Under the pieces are notes generated by a model. That model was given only the letters and a program-made list of their open reading frames with translations, was not told where the DNA came from and ran no database searches. The translations under genes were made by a program, and so were the position numbers. DNA of 64,000 nt, taken from contig JAAILG010001331.1 of assembly GCA_012026655.1 (NCBI GenBank), positions 1 through 64,000 on the forward strand, given 5' to 3'. The stretch's first letter is position 1. The number at the start of each line of letters is the position of its first letter. Shown here in pieces: positions 1-55,600 of the stretch. This stretch comes from Hydrolagus affinis. Taxonomy: Eukaryota.

Positions 1-176
1 GATGCCGAGGTTCCTGATTGGCTTCGTGAGGTGGAGAGTGCAGCCTTGGATGTTGAGGCTGGCAGCGCCCGATGTGCGGAGGCGCTGGCTTGAGCCGATC
101 AGGAGGGCCTCGGTCTTACTCACATTCAATTGGAGGAAATTGTCCCTCGTCCAGGACTCGATGTCGGACAGTCAAT
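1..176 (-). mobile_element. L2-clade LINE reverse-transcriptase fragment
   Basis: Minus-strand translation LSDIESWTRDNFLQLNVSKTEALLIG...PIRNLGI matches the L2/CR1-group RT thumb consensus; continues past the window edge. Confidence 0.8.
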
Positions 177-455
177 CTACTTTACAATATATCCCGTGAA
201 GTGCTTTGTGACACTTCAACTACATAAGCCACTATATCAAATGATACAAAGTATTATTGTTAAAACGTGTGTAAAGTAGTACTGTATATAGTATGGATTC
301 ACCTGTAGATACCAAAGTACAATAGTATTTAATTGATTTGTTTTGAGATTTGTAATGTTCTTTGTAACTAATAATGGAAACAAATTCTTAATGTGTTTCA
401 ATGACTTTAACTAAATGGAAAATTTTAATGATCGTTTTATTTTATTAAAATTTAG

Positions 456-42230
<41,775 letters not shown>

Positions 42231-42508
42231 GTTGTTGGCAAACATTTTTATTCGTGTTAAGAACCGAGCACTTTATTGCAGTAGACATTTGATATTTTCT
42301 AAGCAATTTTTTAGTTACCGCTTTTAAATTGTATTGGGTCAGGTCTTGCCCCATTGTCTCATCTCTCTCCTCTTCTTTCCATGATCAAATCTGTGGGAGG
42401 CAAATATTTTACTCCAGATAGGTAGGTGAACCGCATTAGTGGTATATAAACTATCCATCAAACGTGAGTCAACGTGCAAAATCTATTCATATTATTACAA
42501 TGTATTAC

Positions 42509-42514
42509 AATAAA
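42509..42514 (+). terminator. Candidate DNAH7 polyadenylation signal AATAAA
   Basis: First + strand AATAAA after the DNAH7 stop (about 280 nt downstream), followed by GT-rich sequence. Confidence 0.65.
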
Positions 42515-42556
42515 CAGGCTTGCGTTGTCAGTGAATCGAGTGAAACTGCAGTGAGT

Positions 42557-42562
42557 TTTATT
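42557..42562 (-). terminator. Candidate SLC39A10 polyadenylation signal AATAAA
   Basis: TTTATT on + (AATAAA on -), about 940 nt downstream of the SLC39A10 stop. Confidence 0.55.
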
Positions 42563-43498
42563 CATGAAAGATTAGTGTAATACGGACAAACACCTTCTCT
42601 ATAGAGCAATAACAAAAAATACTTTGTCACGTGTAACAAACAAAGGCTATGGTACCTTAACACTGTGAAAACTGTTCATAAACTTCAAATTAACTAATTA
42701 GGTTCCCATAATCTTTGGTTTTAACAATGAATTAAAATCAAATAACACCCACAGGAATCAGATTACACCACTCCACCACTCACACTTTATCATTTTGGCC
42801 ATTTGCACTTTGATCACAAAATTAATGATATCAGTTAAGCACGACTCCATTGATTATTTACAGTGACAAAAGAAAATGTCACATAGTGACAAGCTTGCTG
42901 GCAAAAAAACCTCCAAACATATACTGTACAGCAATCTAGCTGTTCACTCAGACAGCAAACATGGTTCAATACTGAGGTATCACAATGCAGGGATAGGAAT
43001 GTAAGAGATGGATGTTATGAGAGAAGATACACTATTTTGAAACTAAGTAAGTATCCACTAGTTTGTACATTTGACACTGGAGATGCAATTTCATTAAAAA
43101 CAGCACCGTGAACCCTGACTGCATTACATACAGCTGATGATTGTTTATGTAGGAGAGAAAACTTTTAACAAAATGCATGAAAATACTATTACTACGCATA
43201 TTCCATCTATGGACCTAATTGCACTAAACAAAATACATGGATTCAAGCATAAAATTTCTACTAAATGGCATCATATCTCCCCAGATAACTTTTGTCAATC
43301 ATATCTTTTAAGTTTCCATACTTCAATGTGGATGTAACTGTGTGAAACAAACCTAAAACAGCAGCAATTATGAAAGTAATCTGCAGTGATAAATACCTCT
43401 CGCACAATTTGCTTCGGAAAATCCATACACAATTAAAGCTGTCACACATACAAGGCAGACAAGACCATACATTATTTGTCATTGAAAATGTTAAAACA

Positions 43499-43645
43499 TT
43501 AAAAGTTAATCACAATATGATCCTCAAAAATGGCAATTAGCAGCATGATGGTAAATCCACAGAGCATCCCAGCATTCTGCAGAGCAAAGTGCCCAAACCA
43601 AGCCTGACCTTGATTATCTGACGGGCTGTGTAACATTTCTGGTAA
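43499..43645 (-). CDS. SLC39A10: SLC39A10 terminal coding exon (TM8)
   Basis: cag|LPEMLHS...[32 protein letters not shown]; 147 nt. Confidence 0.94.
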   Translation of the reverse strand, partial: LPEMLHSPSDNQGQAWFGHFALQNAGMLCGFTIMLLIAIFEDHIVINF

Positions 43646-46600
43646 CTGGAGGAATAAAGAAAACCACAAGCTGTTATTTCTAAACAAAAAAAATCCATCT
43701 TTAGAACACGACAACTGTCTCTAACTAAAGAACACCTGCGTTCAAGGAAAATACACATTAAAGTTTTCAGCTATCAATTTATATGACTGAAACAAGGTTT
43801 AAAAATACAGCTATTGTTCAACTGTTTGTAAGAAATGTTAGGCAAAAGCAGCAGCCAATGTGCACACAGCAACAACCCACACACAGCCATCAAATGATAA
43901 GGTTTATGTGAGGGCTTGGTGGCCAGGATTTGTTTGAAGCAGTGGAGCCGCAGTTAGGACCGGGAGCGCCAAGTCCCTATAATGGGGGAACCCATCACTT
44001 TCAACTCTGAAGCAAAAGTGCTTCCACCTATCCAACGTGCCAGGCTGACATGTTAAACTTATACTGCTAATTACCCATGAAACCTCAGCAAATTATGAAG
44101 AGAATATTTGATCTACTGAAGATTATTTTCATTCTTTCTGGTTTCGGAAGATACCGGTTGTTCCTCCCATTTTTAGAGCCCAAAGTACCAGACTGCTATC
44201 CAGTAACAGTGAACTTCCACTTCCAAGTTGAAAATGATTATTTTAGCAGCCTCACTGACGCAGGGTTTTATTAGTTTGCTAGAGCCTGCTGAGCGGAGGG
44301 GATGGAGAGGTTAGTAGGGGGTTAGGAGGTCACAGAGGTAGGGTGGGGCGAGGCCATGGCGGGCTTTGAATGTGAGGACCAGGATCTTGAATTGGATGAA
44401 GGGGGGACAATGGGAGAGACGTCACGAAGCTTGGGAGCGGTAGAGGACACGGGCCACAGGGTTCTGGATTATCTGCAACCTACAGAGGGAGGAATGGGAA
44501 GGCCCAACAAGCAGGGCATCGGCAAAGTAATGCAGGTTACTGTTGACCTTCTTCCCCTCCCAACACAAAGTGCAGCCCCACAGTTCAAGAATTTGCTAAA
44601 GAAGTTATTCAGAGATGCAGAACTGTATCATTTAAGGGAGAAAAGTAGCATTTGCACAAGCTCAAAGCACAGAATTTTTACAGCAATCTTATTGATGTGC
44701 AGTTGGGACCTGGAGCAAATGGCAACACATTTTTGTTGATTACCACTCATTCCGATTTGCATAATTGCTGTAACCTGCAGCAAACGGCACAATTCTTTAA
44801 TTGATCATTTCTGAATTGCGTGTGGGTATTGAATGGAAACTGCTATTAAGATTTTTTTTTAAAAACTCATTTTGTTAAAGAATTAAATGTGCGGTTAGTA
44901 CAAGCAAACCAATGGTTTGTTCATTCCCATGAATGCTTTTAAGAATGCTGAACATAACCATTAATTTTTTTGAAGAACTGAGGCAAAAATAAAACTGCAC
45001 AATTAGCCTCAAGCTAGCTTCAATTTAATTACCTCAAATCAAACCTTTTTACAGTTCATTTATCTAATGAATAAAGTGCATTACTTACCATATCCACCAA
45101 TGCCACATACAGGAACATGCCTGCGGTGATGGCAAAGATCCACTGGGTCAAATTATGAGTGTACTGTCCTACAGCTATGCCTATCACCACACCAACATAT
45201 GCAAGGAGGGCTGACAGGACGTTGTAAACAATGGCCTGCTTCACAGACATTCCAGCATTGATCAGAACAGCAAAATCACCTGATGGAGAGAGAAACAAAC
45301 AAAGGTCCAATTCATTTTAGAGTTTGAAACTTTTCGGTTTAGTGCAGAGTGGACGGACTATTAAACTGGTGCAGCCAGGTTTGGAATACAAACACTAATT
45401 ACCCCTATTTAATCTTTCTGCTTCATAACAGTTTTAAACACTCCACTGATATGTACCTAATAAACACATGTTTTAGGGTACTGTTTGACTCTATCACTAA
45501 ATAGAATTATTAGGATTATACTCATGACAACTGAAACCCAATGACACACGGATGATATTTATTTGGAAATGCTTCTCTTTTATATACTATAATCTTATTA
45601 TATATTGTAGGAGAAATTCCACTCGGTGGAATTTTACTGAATTTAGGTAGCATTTTGGAAGAAGGAAAGTTTAGCAATTTGTTCAATAAACCCTTAATTT
45701 TGAAACTTATTTTTCTGTGAATTCTTTCAATAGAAAACCAAAGTTAAGACACGGTATTCAACAAATTGACAAATTTTGGATGCTGTAAAAATACTACACG
45801 GAGGAAATTTAAACCCAGGTCAACATTTTCCTGATTGTATACGCCACAGGTATAGCTAAAGAAGTTGTGCAGAGATGCAGCATAATTTAAGGGGGAAAAG
45901 TAACATTCACACAAACTCAATGCATAGTAGAGGGTTTTTTCCATCGCGGTTATTTAGGTACAGTGGGGAACTGAAACAAATTGCAATACAACAACAAGAA
46001 AATGACATTTATAGAATGCCTTTCACGTCGGGAGGACGTCCCAAGGCTCTTCAAAAACATATTTTTATGAAAAGTAAATTCACTCAGATTATACACGAGG
46101 TAGAACAAGTATTGCAAAGTACGAGAGCCATAGTTGTGGATCTACACAATGGAAACAGGAGTGCTAGTTACAACAAACAAAATGTTAAGTACAGTACTCT
46201 ATGGACTTTTTGTTATTGTAGTCCTAATTACACCAAATGCCAGTTACTTATTCAAACAGTTTAGTTATTTGTACACCACAGGCATGAGACATTAAAGCTG
46301 GCTGTAGAATCAAAAGAATGTAATCAGAATCTAACTCAAATTAGACTACACATTTACTGGAATGCTAAACACAATGTTAATGTTTGTCAACAGCTGCTTA
46401 GCTTCAATGAAACTTACTTTGGTCGACAATTATTATTAATATTGTTGTTCTTTTGACGGGTATTGTAATTGTTTCTAGCTTTTCCAATTCAGATCAAAGT
46501 AGGTGTGACAGATGACGGGAAACTTACCCAGCTCGTGAGGAAGCTCATGGCAAAACACTGCGATGGATGTACTCAGGCCTCCTGTGATAGATGCACTGAA

Positions 46601-49600
46601 CGCAGCTCCTGGGGAAGGGAGAACAGAAACAAAATGTTGTTAAAGTGGCATCAAACATATTCAGTTTTCAATTCACTTTCACAGTGCGATAGATAGATCA
46701 CAAAGCATGAAGAGCAAATTGGTTTGAGTTGTAAAAATTAATGCGAGACTTTTGCCCTTCACCAAATCACTTCAGTCTTATCTTGAAATTTGCTAAACCA
46801 GAGAAACCACTCTGCACTTATCAATCAGTCTGGCTATTCTCAAGATTAATTTTCTCTTGTGTGACCTACAATTTGTGTGAGCGTCTCCTTGTGTCAATTG
46901 CTTTGCAATCAGCTGTACATTGTGACGACTCTGTTTCAGAACTTTGCTGATTCTTTGTCCAGCAGGAAACAAAAATCAAGCAGCACCTCTACGCAAATAT
47001 ATTGCCACTCGGAAGGCTACAAGGAACAGTAACATGCATGAACCTGACTAGAGAATAGCCAGCCCATGCATTTTCAGATCATTTACTTAATACTTGTAAC
47101 CTGTATGCAACTTCAGTTCGATTTCATAATTTGGAGTCTTATAGCTCAGTGGTTAGAGCACCGGCCTTGCAAGTGAAAGACGGGTTCGATTCCAGACACG
47201 GCAAAACCTTGGGCAAGTTTCCTTACTCCAGGTGCCTGATAATAATTCCTCAAGAAAAACAATAATAAATTGGTCATTTCAATCCTGGACACCCCTGTGC
47301 GCGATTGGCTGCTGCGTTTCACCCACAAATGTACAGTCAATTCACTTTACAGTATATTCTGCAAAAAAAAACACTTTGAGACACTTAGAACATGTGAAAA
47401 GCGCGATATCAAATAGAAGGATTATTACATGACATATTCTGAGTCCTTCAAACAGTCGTGGATTGAAGTGACCATTTTTTTTTGAGGGATTATTATCAGG
47501 CGTGTAGAGTAAGGAAACTTGCCGAAGATTCTCCCTGCCTGGAATTGAACCCAGGTCTCTCGCTTACAAGGCGAGTGCTCTAACCATTGAGCTACAGATG
47601 AGACTTTCCTATTTCCCAATGGAAGAAAAGTACAGTAAAAGCCCATTTATCTGTGACCCGATCAACCATAACTTCCGTATAACCGGCACCGCAAAAAACG
47701 GTCCGCATTCGATTAACCGGAATTTATCCGGCACAGTATATTTTAGTTTATTTTTATATTTTCGGCCGAATATCCAGCACGCACTTTAACCGGCATTGGT
47801 CAGGTCCCAAAGCTGCCGGATAAACTGGCCTTTACTGTAAATGCTGGCAGGAGGCAGGGCAGGAAATTGCAGCAGTTGGCAGTGAAAGGCAAACAAAACA
47901 AAAATATATAATAAATTTATATACCAGTGCCTTGGGACATCCGATGTGAATGGCGCTATACAAAAGTAATTTTGTATTGTATATACAATTGCTGCACTCA
48001 AGTTTTCCATTCATTAAAAATATTAGTGTTTATTAAAAATACCATTAAATATTGTTTTTACAAATGCACTGTTTCTTACCTATTGCCAACCCATCACTGA
48101 AGTTATGCATGCCATCTCCCATGATAACCATCCAAGCAATATTTGCTATATCAGCATCTTGCATCTCTTTATTGGAATGGCAGTGACCATGTGAATGGTG
48201 CGAGTGAGAATGTCTATGTTTGTTTGGCATGGCTGTTTCTCCACGTGGAATAGTATAATCAACGCTGTGTGGGTCTTGAATGTAAACAGCTTTTAAATTC
48301 TTGGTGGGTTCATGTGGCAGTATTGCGTTTTCTTCAGGTGTCCTAAATGTTTGTGATGATGTTTCTTGGTTGCAGTCGATGTCAGTAACCTGGGTTACAT
48401 CTTGTTTCTCACCAGAATCATCAAGTGGATCTGCTCCTGAAACAAGTAGGAGTACGACATACTAGGGTGAAGGATGCTTTTGTCAGTACAACAATATATA
48501 GATTTTTTTTTAGTAACGATAGCTTTATAATGGCACAATGACACTTTACATCAGGTTCCTCTTGCCATCTAAAACGAGTTCAATTAACTTTAGTGCTTAA
48601 AATACTGAAGTAGTATTTTCAAAAGTAACATGGTATTTCCAATATCTTTTTAGAAACAGGTATTGCTACACAGTATTAAATAACATTCTCTTCTTGCCTT
48701 TGTTGAAGGTGAATTACAAAGTTATTTACAATTTTAGCTCCTTGTGTTCAGTCGGTGAGTATGAAAGATGTGAGAATGTGAGTGTGATGCAGAGTGGGGA
48801 GGCGGAGTGCAAGGCCTCTATGTTCAGGCTATTTGTCATTGGTTGTATATATTCTACAGGTTAAGTCTGAATACAGAGGGAAACCAATCACTTACCACCC
48901 ATGGTTTTGAGATCCAGCCATTCGCCTTCTGATCTACGGTTTAATTTGTGATCAGATAATTTTCGGCCCACTGCAGCTTCTCCACTTAGGGATTTTTTCT
49001 TAAGCCATCTCTTTTTGCCCTGGTACAACATAAATGCTCATATTTAATCTCTCACATCAAATGGGAAAGACTTTTCAAACCTAAACAAATACTACATAGT
49101 ACAGGTAGACCTTGCTTAACGTTGCTTTGGTCACCGTTGTTTCGTTAATACGTTGCTGATACATTGGGAATATATATCCATTTAATGTCGCAACGTTCGC
49201 TATTACGTCGTTCGTCAGCGGGTGGAAACGAACTACTGTATTTTGGGTAGCCTAGGCTACCGTCCGGTATTCTTACGCAGCGTCCATCCTCAGTCTCACT
49301 GTCACCATTTTACGTTAGTGCGCAGTGTGATATCGGTAACTTTTTATGAGTTATTTGTGCAATCCTCTATAAACACGAGTCCAAAACGCCCAGGAAGTGA
49401 CAGTTGTGAGTCTCGCAGTAAAACAACAGGAAAACTATTACTCTCAAAACAAAATTTGATGTTTTAACCCGTTTTGATGCTGTAAGTGTTATATTATTTA
49501 AATTTATATTTTACATTTATGAATGTACATATATTTCAACTTATAATTTTTTTATGAAAAATGTCTAAAAGAACCCAACTCCAGTTTATACATTAATTCT

Positions 49601-52600
49601 TATGGGAAAAATGGGTTTGTTTAACATCCTTTCGCTTAAAAGTTGCACTTTTCAAGAACATAACTACAACGTTAAGCGAGGACTAATTGTACTTGGTTTT
49701 TTTATGGTTACATTCAAATAGATTTTAGACATGTGTAATTCAGGTGCGTACCTGAATTTTCATGAAAAAAAATTAATCAGTTTAACTTTTTAATCGATTT
49801 CAAGTACAAAATAGAAATCTGCTGATTTTATACAATTATACAATTAAATTATCTTGCAACATTCAAAATTTATGAAGATTAGAAAACTGTAGTGCTTAGA
49901 ATATACAGTATTTGTAATTCTAACTATAATTTAGGTATGCAAAAATAGAAATCAACCTCTTTAGTTGCGAGACATGAAGTTGGATCCACTTTCACAGATG
50001 CTCAATTAGACAGTAATATAATTTTACAGCTGTAGCAGCAGGTCGTAAAATACTTATAACTTTTCATTAAAATCTCTTAGTGAATCATATAACTAACATT
50101 TTTCTGCAACACACAATATATTTGGACTTAATTACAGGCCTATCGTCTCAAGCTTGCCAAACTTCATGAAATAAATGTGCAATTAGTTATTAATAGCAAA
50201 ATAAAAAATATCTTAAGGTTTATTGCGTTCTGCTAGTGTCTTTACGCTCAATTTACTTTCTAACTAACCAATGTTTTTGATGAAATTTGCTTTGTAGGAG
50301 CTGGAAAGGTAAAATAATCCCTTCAAGCATTTTATGTCATTTCTGCAATCATCTTCAACGTTTGGCAATCTCATAACTTTCTGTAATTAAACCTAGCCAA
50401 ACCAATGTTCAATTAAAGCAAATAATTTTAGTGCACTGTTCCTGTGTACTGATAATAATCCCGCAAAACAAAATTGATAATTTCAATCCAAAACTGTTTG
50501 TGGGACACAGCTTGCACAATTGGCTGCTGAGTTTCGCCCACAAATGTACAATTAATTCACTTTACAGTATATTCTGTGAAGCGCTTTGAGATGTCTAGAA
50601 GATGTGAAAAGTGCTATATCAAATGCAAGAATTATTATTACTCAAAAAATACTTTCTGGCACATAAGAATTCTGATTACTAGGACAACCAGTCTGGGTTT
50701 ATGTATGGATCTTTCGCTGAATATGGTTTGCTGTTAATGTCCAAACTATTAATTATCCAAAGTGGATAAGCATTTCATCACGGAAAGCAAAACAGCAAAT
50801 GTACTGTTGCAGGGAAGGAGGGCTCAAATGAATAAAAGGTTGTAATCAAATTAGCTGCAGAGTCTGTTTCCAGTTGACAACATTCACAAAATCACATTGC
50901 GTCAATATTTCCGTAGGCAGGAAAATCCATGTTTTCAGCTTACCTTTCTAGTCCTGTGATCTCTGAATATGCCAATACAATGCTCAATGATGAACAGTAG
51001 ATAAATACCACCCAAAGCTGTCAGGCCTTTCCACAAGGCATTGTAAGTTGCAAGAAGCCCTTCAGTAGTTTCATCCTCTCCTTGAGTCTGATTGTGGCCA
51101 TAATCATGATGATGTGCATCATGACTGTGATCATGCTCACCTTGTGCCTATTTATTCAAAAAAAACAAGGGCCAGACATAAAACATTAAGAATTATGTTT
51201 CCTGATACATTCATATTATTTCAGGTACTTGAGGGAAGAATGTAACATTGATGAACTGCATCTGAAGTTCAACAGAAGCTTGCCATCAATAGCCATTAAA
51301 AAAGTGCTGAAAGCTTCTATAAGGATCGGTGGAAATTGTTTTACAACATGGTCCAACATTTGACTAGAACAGGTGTTCTTGCATTTGAATGACTAAAATG
51401 ATTGACTAATTTACTTCAAGGAATGATGGCCAGATACCAGGAGAAACAGCCTCATTTTTGAACTGTGCCATGGAATCTTTAATATCCACCTGAGCGGGCA
51501 GACGGCTTGACATCTCGTCGGAAGGTCAGCCCCTCCCAACAAAACGCAGCCCTCTCCCGAGCGCACCACTGAAGTGTCGGCCTCATTCAATCGGGTCTGC
51601 ACGTCAACTGGAACTTTGCCCACAAAATATACAGCCCATTCACTTTGCGAAGTTCTTTAAAAGCAATTACTAGTGTCACTAAGTGGCCAAAGGGCAATAT
51701 CCTGATGAATATACTAATACAACATGCCATCTTTATACCACATGCATTGAATCAACAGCACAAAATATTTAACAGTTAAAAATTACACGTTAATTAATCA
51801 CGTTTTTTAAAAAAAATTAATTTGATGAAATTACTTACATGTGGCATGAGATGAAGTAATGCATCTCCACTGAGAGTGCCCACTGCCAGAGCCACCAGGA
51901 ACGTGAGGAGAAACTTAAAGCATACTTGATTGATGATAGGTACAAGCACCACACCCAGAACAGACAGCAAGCTTATGATTGTGACAGAGATGAGACCCCA
52001 TATCCAAGCTGTGTGAGAAAGAACTCATTCAGAAAAACACGCAAAACGTCAAAACAAGATTCTCTTAGTAACACTGAGAGCCATTCATTATGATGCGGCG
52101 GTGGCTTGGAGTCAATTGATTCTCTGCAAAGCTTCTTTCATGCAGAATAAAGGTAATCACTATTGAGTGAGTTTTAGCCTAGACACAAGACTATCTGTAA
52201 GATTTCATTTCGGTTCAACTGTAACATAGATTTTTAGCCTCGAGTTCTTCACCAACTTTTATTGTAACTACACATCAGTTTTAGTGAAAACCCAAACCCA
52301 GCCCGGCTGTCAGCAGTGTAGCAGTTTAGCAGCTACTGACTTAATTCACCACTTAGATGTTGAATTGCAGAATGCTGCAGTACTGATTAATTAATCCCTA
52401 CTCTCCCCCGTATATTTGCTTGAGAAATACAATGCATGTTGAACTCTAAACTCTATTCTGATAAACTGACATCTATAGACACCCCGTTATTAACTACCTC
52501 AATTTAAATCAATACCAGAAGCTATGCTTTATATTATTTTATACTTTAATACAGTACTTCAATTTGGTCCACTTCAAAGTCAAGTTTGCCACATCACTGC

Positions 52601-55600
52601 ATAAATCTCCATGAAAATGTCTGATAATCAGATAAAAACATAGCTTTCTGTAGCTTTATAAGCTGACCTAAGACAGTTTGAAGCAGCTAAACTAGGTATT
52701 ATTTCAAGTCAGGATTGCTCTGCCAAATCTTTCAGTTCACAGTTTATCTGCTAGTGCATCCTTAAAATTCAATGTACTGTACTGATTTTTCTGTACATTG
52801 ATTAGATTTTTCTTCCAGAGGAGGCTGTGTGCTTTTTTTTTAAAAAAGGTGGCAATTGGTAGCAACTCCTGCACACTGGTTTCAATTTGGTGTTTGGTTA
52901 AATGCAGAACTAATAGGATAAAAGAACAATGAATTAGAACCAAAGATTGTGTTTAATTCCTCTCTGGTGAAAGGAGTACAAAATCAATATACCTGTAAAT
53001 GAAATGAGAAAAGTAATGAATGACCTGTTTTGTCATTTCATGCTAGAATGCTTAAATTATCTCCGATCTCATGCATGATTTTCTTTTTGGATGATTAGTC
53101 ACTAATAAATTAATTACATTCTGCTTCTAATTCTCCTAACCACCTGACACAAACTGCAGACAAGACAAACTTGTAAACAGCTCAAGTGTTTACAAATCTC
53201 AGAATTGGATTTTATTACAAACATAAAAGCTGCAATTAGCATTCTACATGATAGAGGTGACAAGGTACTGGGTGCAAACTACACCCCCAAAACAAACAAA
53301 TATGTTGTATTGGTATACAAACTAGTCAAAATTCATTTGTGTATTTTACAAATCGAATGCGGTGGCAAACAACATACACAAATGTCCACATCAGTTTACA
53401 TAACTTCACGTTGTATGGCATCGAAACCAGAACAAACAGAATTGGAAGAAAATTTAGCAAAAGTGAAATGGTTCAAAATAACTCAAACTGACAATTTTGC
53501 TAGCGGCATTGAATCTCGCCTTCACTCTTAGGCTGATGCTCCAACTCTTAAAATCTTAGCAATAAACAAATATGTAGTTCAAAAATAAATGTTTGCTTCC
53601 CTTCAAAATATACAAGAGCATCCCACCCCACTTTCAAATCCCGCCTAAAAACATTTCTTTTTGATCATATTTAGGGTCACTTCCCCGTTTGCCTCTACCA
53701 CTGGCTCAGGTTAGCTCCAGGACGCTTCCCCGCGTGAATGGCTTTGTGTAAATGCAAGTCATTGTTGTATTGATCCGTTACATCACGCGTGTGACTCGCG
53801 GGAAAATAAATTCTTCTGCTCTTTGCGTTGACAAATGAAGGCTACTTTTCGCGAGATTTAACGCATCGTGTGTGTGCATGCATTGAGGGGTCAGGACCTA
53901 ATTTCCTGTGATTCAATGCGGCTGGTAGGTAAGTAGGTGCAGGAATAGTGGAGGATAGGGCAGCGGTTTTACGAGTTAGGGGGTAATAAATATGACTAGT
54001 GCAAAGAAATCTGAGTGGTTTTGATAGGAATCTGAATATGACTCGGGTGGATGTTCTTCTGCGAGTTTCACTGTATATTGGGATAGCGTGTCTCGCCTCA
54101 CTCTCTGCTTGACCCTCCACTCGGCAAACTTGAGAGTGCTGTGCACTTCTTCAACTGCAGTTCAGCAGCTACGTCCCTAATGTTTTGAATTTCCTCACTG
54201 AACCCCCCCATCTCACCCCCTTCAAAAATGACCTAAAGCCCTGGCACTTTGACTGGACATCCACCCCCTGCTTGATGTTCATCTATTCTCTGTAAAGCCC
54301 CTGAAGCCATTAATCTACACTGAGGTCGGTATTTGATGTAAGGTAGTTGCTTTATTTCCTTTAATTAAATAATGCAAATATGAACCCAGGAGGAGCACAA
54401 AACCTCCATTTACATTTACCCATATCCATGTAGCAACTTCAGTCTTAACGCATGTGACAATGCATTTTTCAAATAGGATAAAATTGATAACTATGCATAT
54501 TAACTCGGATTTTGCTTCCCGTTTTCAAATGATTTCACCTGTAGTACAAGCCACAGTTCTGCAGTCGTATCAATATAGTATTTGATGTAGTATTTTACAT
54601 CTTTACCACTGATTAATGTTTCACACTTGAATTTCCATTATTGAATGCACAGGGCACTTCCAGGTTTGCATTTGCATTCTTTTGTTAAACTCAAAACATC
54701 ATAAATCTACCACATGAAGATTAGGTTCTAATCTCATTTGTTATCATTACTCATATACCCAATGATATAGAATGAGAACAAAAGAGCTGTTTAATTAACT
54801 TGAATGTTTCTCTGCAAAGATTATTGCCATAATTTTGGATGATAAACAGCCACTCACAAGCAATTTAATAAGCCTTCTTTCAGCTCTTTCATGGGCACTG
54901 AGCAAAAACAACATTTTTAGTTTTTAAATCTATAAAATTTACGACTGTAGAAAAACATGATTCACGACACATACGAGCACTACCGTGAGACAGAGGAAAC
55001 ACAAAGGAATACAGTTCAGGGATTGCTGGTAGTAAAGGAGGGTGTCAAGCACCTTATCAAGCATTACAATAAATTCACAGTGATTTATTCCACATTCACA
55101 TTTCACCCACAAAATACAGTCAATCCATTTTACAATTTATTCTGTGAATCGCTTTGAGATGTCTCCTGACATGATAAGAGGCTATATCAAATGCAAGGAT
55201 TATTATTAAACTAAACATCTTCAATCATTTCAAAGTTGAATTGCAGATTTGAATTAAATCATTCTCACCACCATGAATTAGTTGTGTTGTGTGTGTGTGT
55301 GTGTGTGCGTGTGTGTGGTGGAGGGTGGGGTTGCCGTGACCTCTCATGGTGTTACGATTAAGCAAGATGATTTCAGGGAGAGTACATATTCTACTCCAGA
55401 CATAGAAAATATTCCACGTGTAGGTGGCAATACATATGTGGAGCTCTCAAGACAGGTTTGGATATTCTTAATCACGGTGATGGGTTTGTGATGCGGTTGA
55501 CACCTGGTTCACCAAAATACAATGAGATATCAAAGTCAACTGAGACTATATAAAACAAACCCCAAAGAAAGATTGAATGAATGGCTTCAGAAGAGAAGGG

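Noticed and set aside
55328-55345. tgccgtgac as a tRNA-His primer-binding site for the retroelement
   Set aside because: Only about 9 nt match, there is no TGG start or adjacent LTR end, and it is too close to the knuckle for a full gag.
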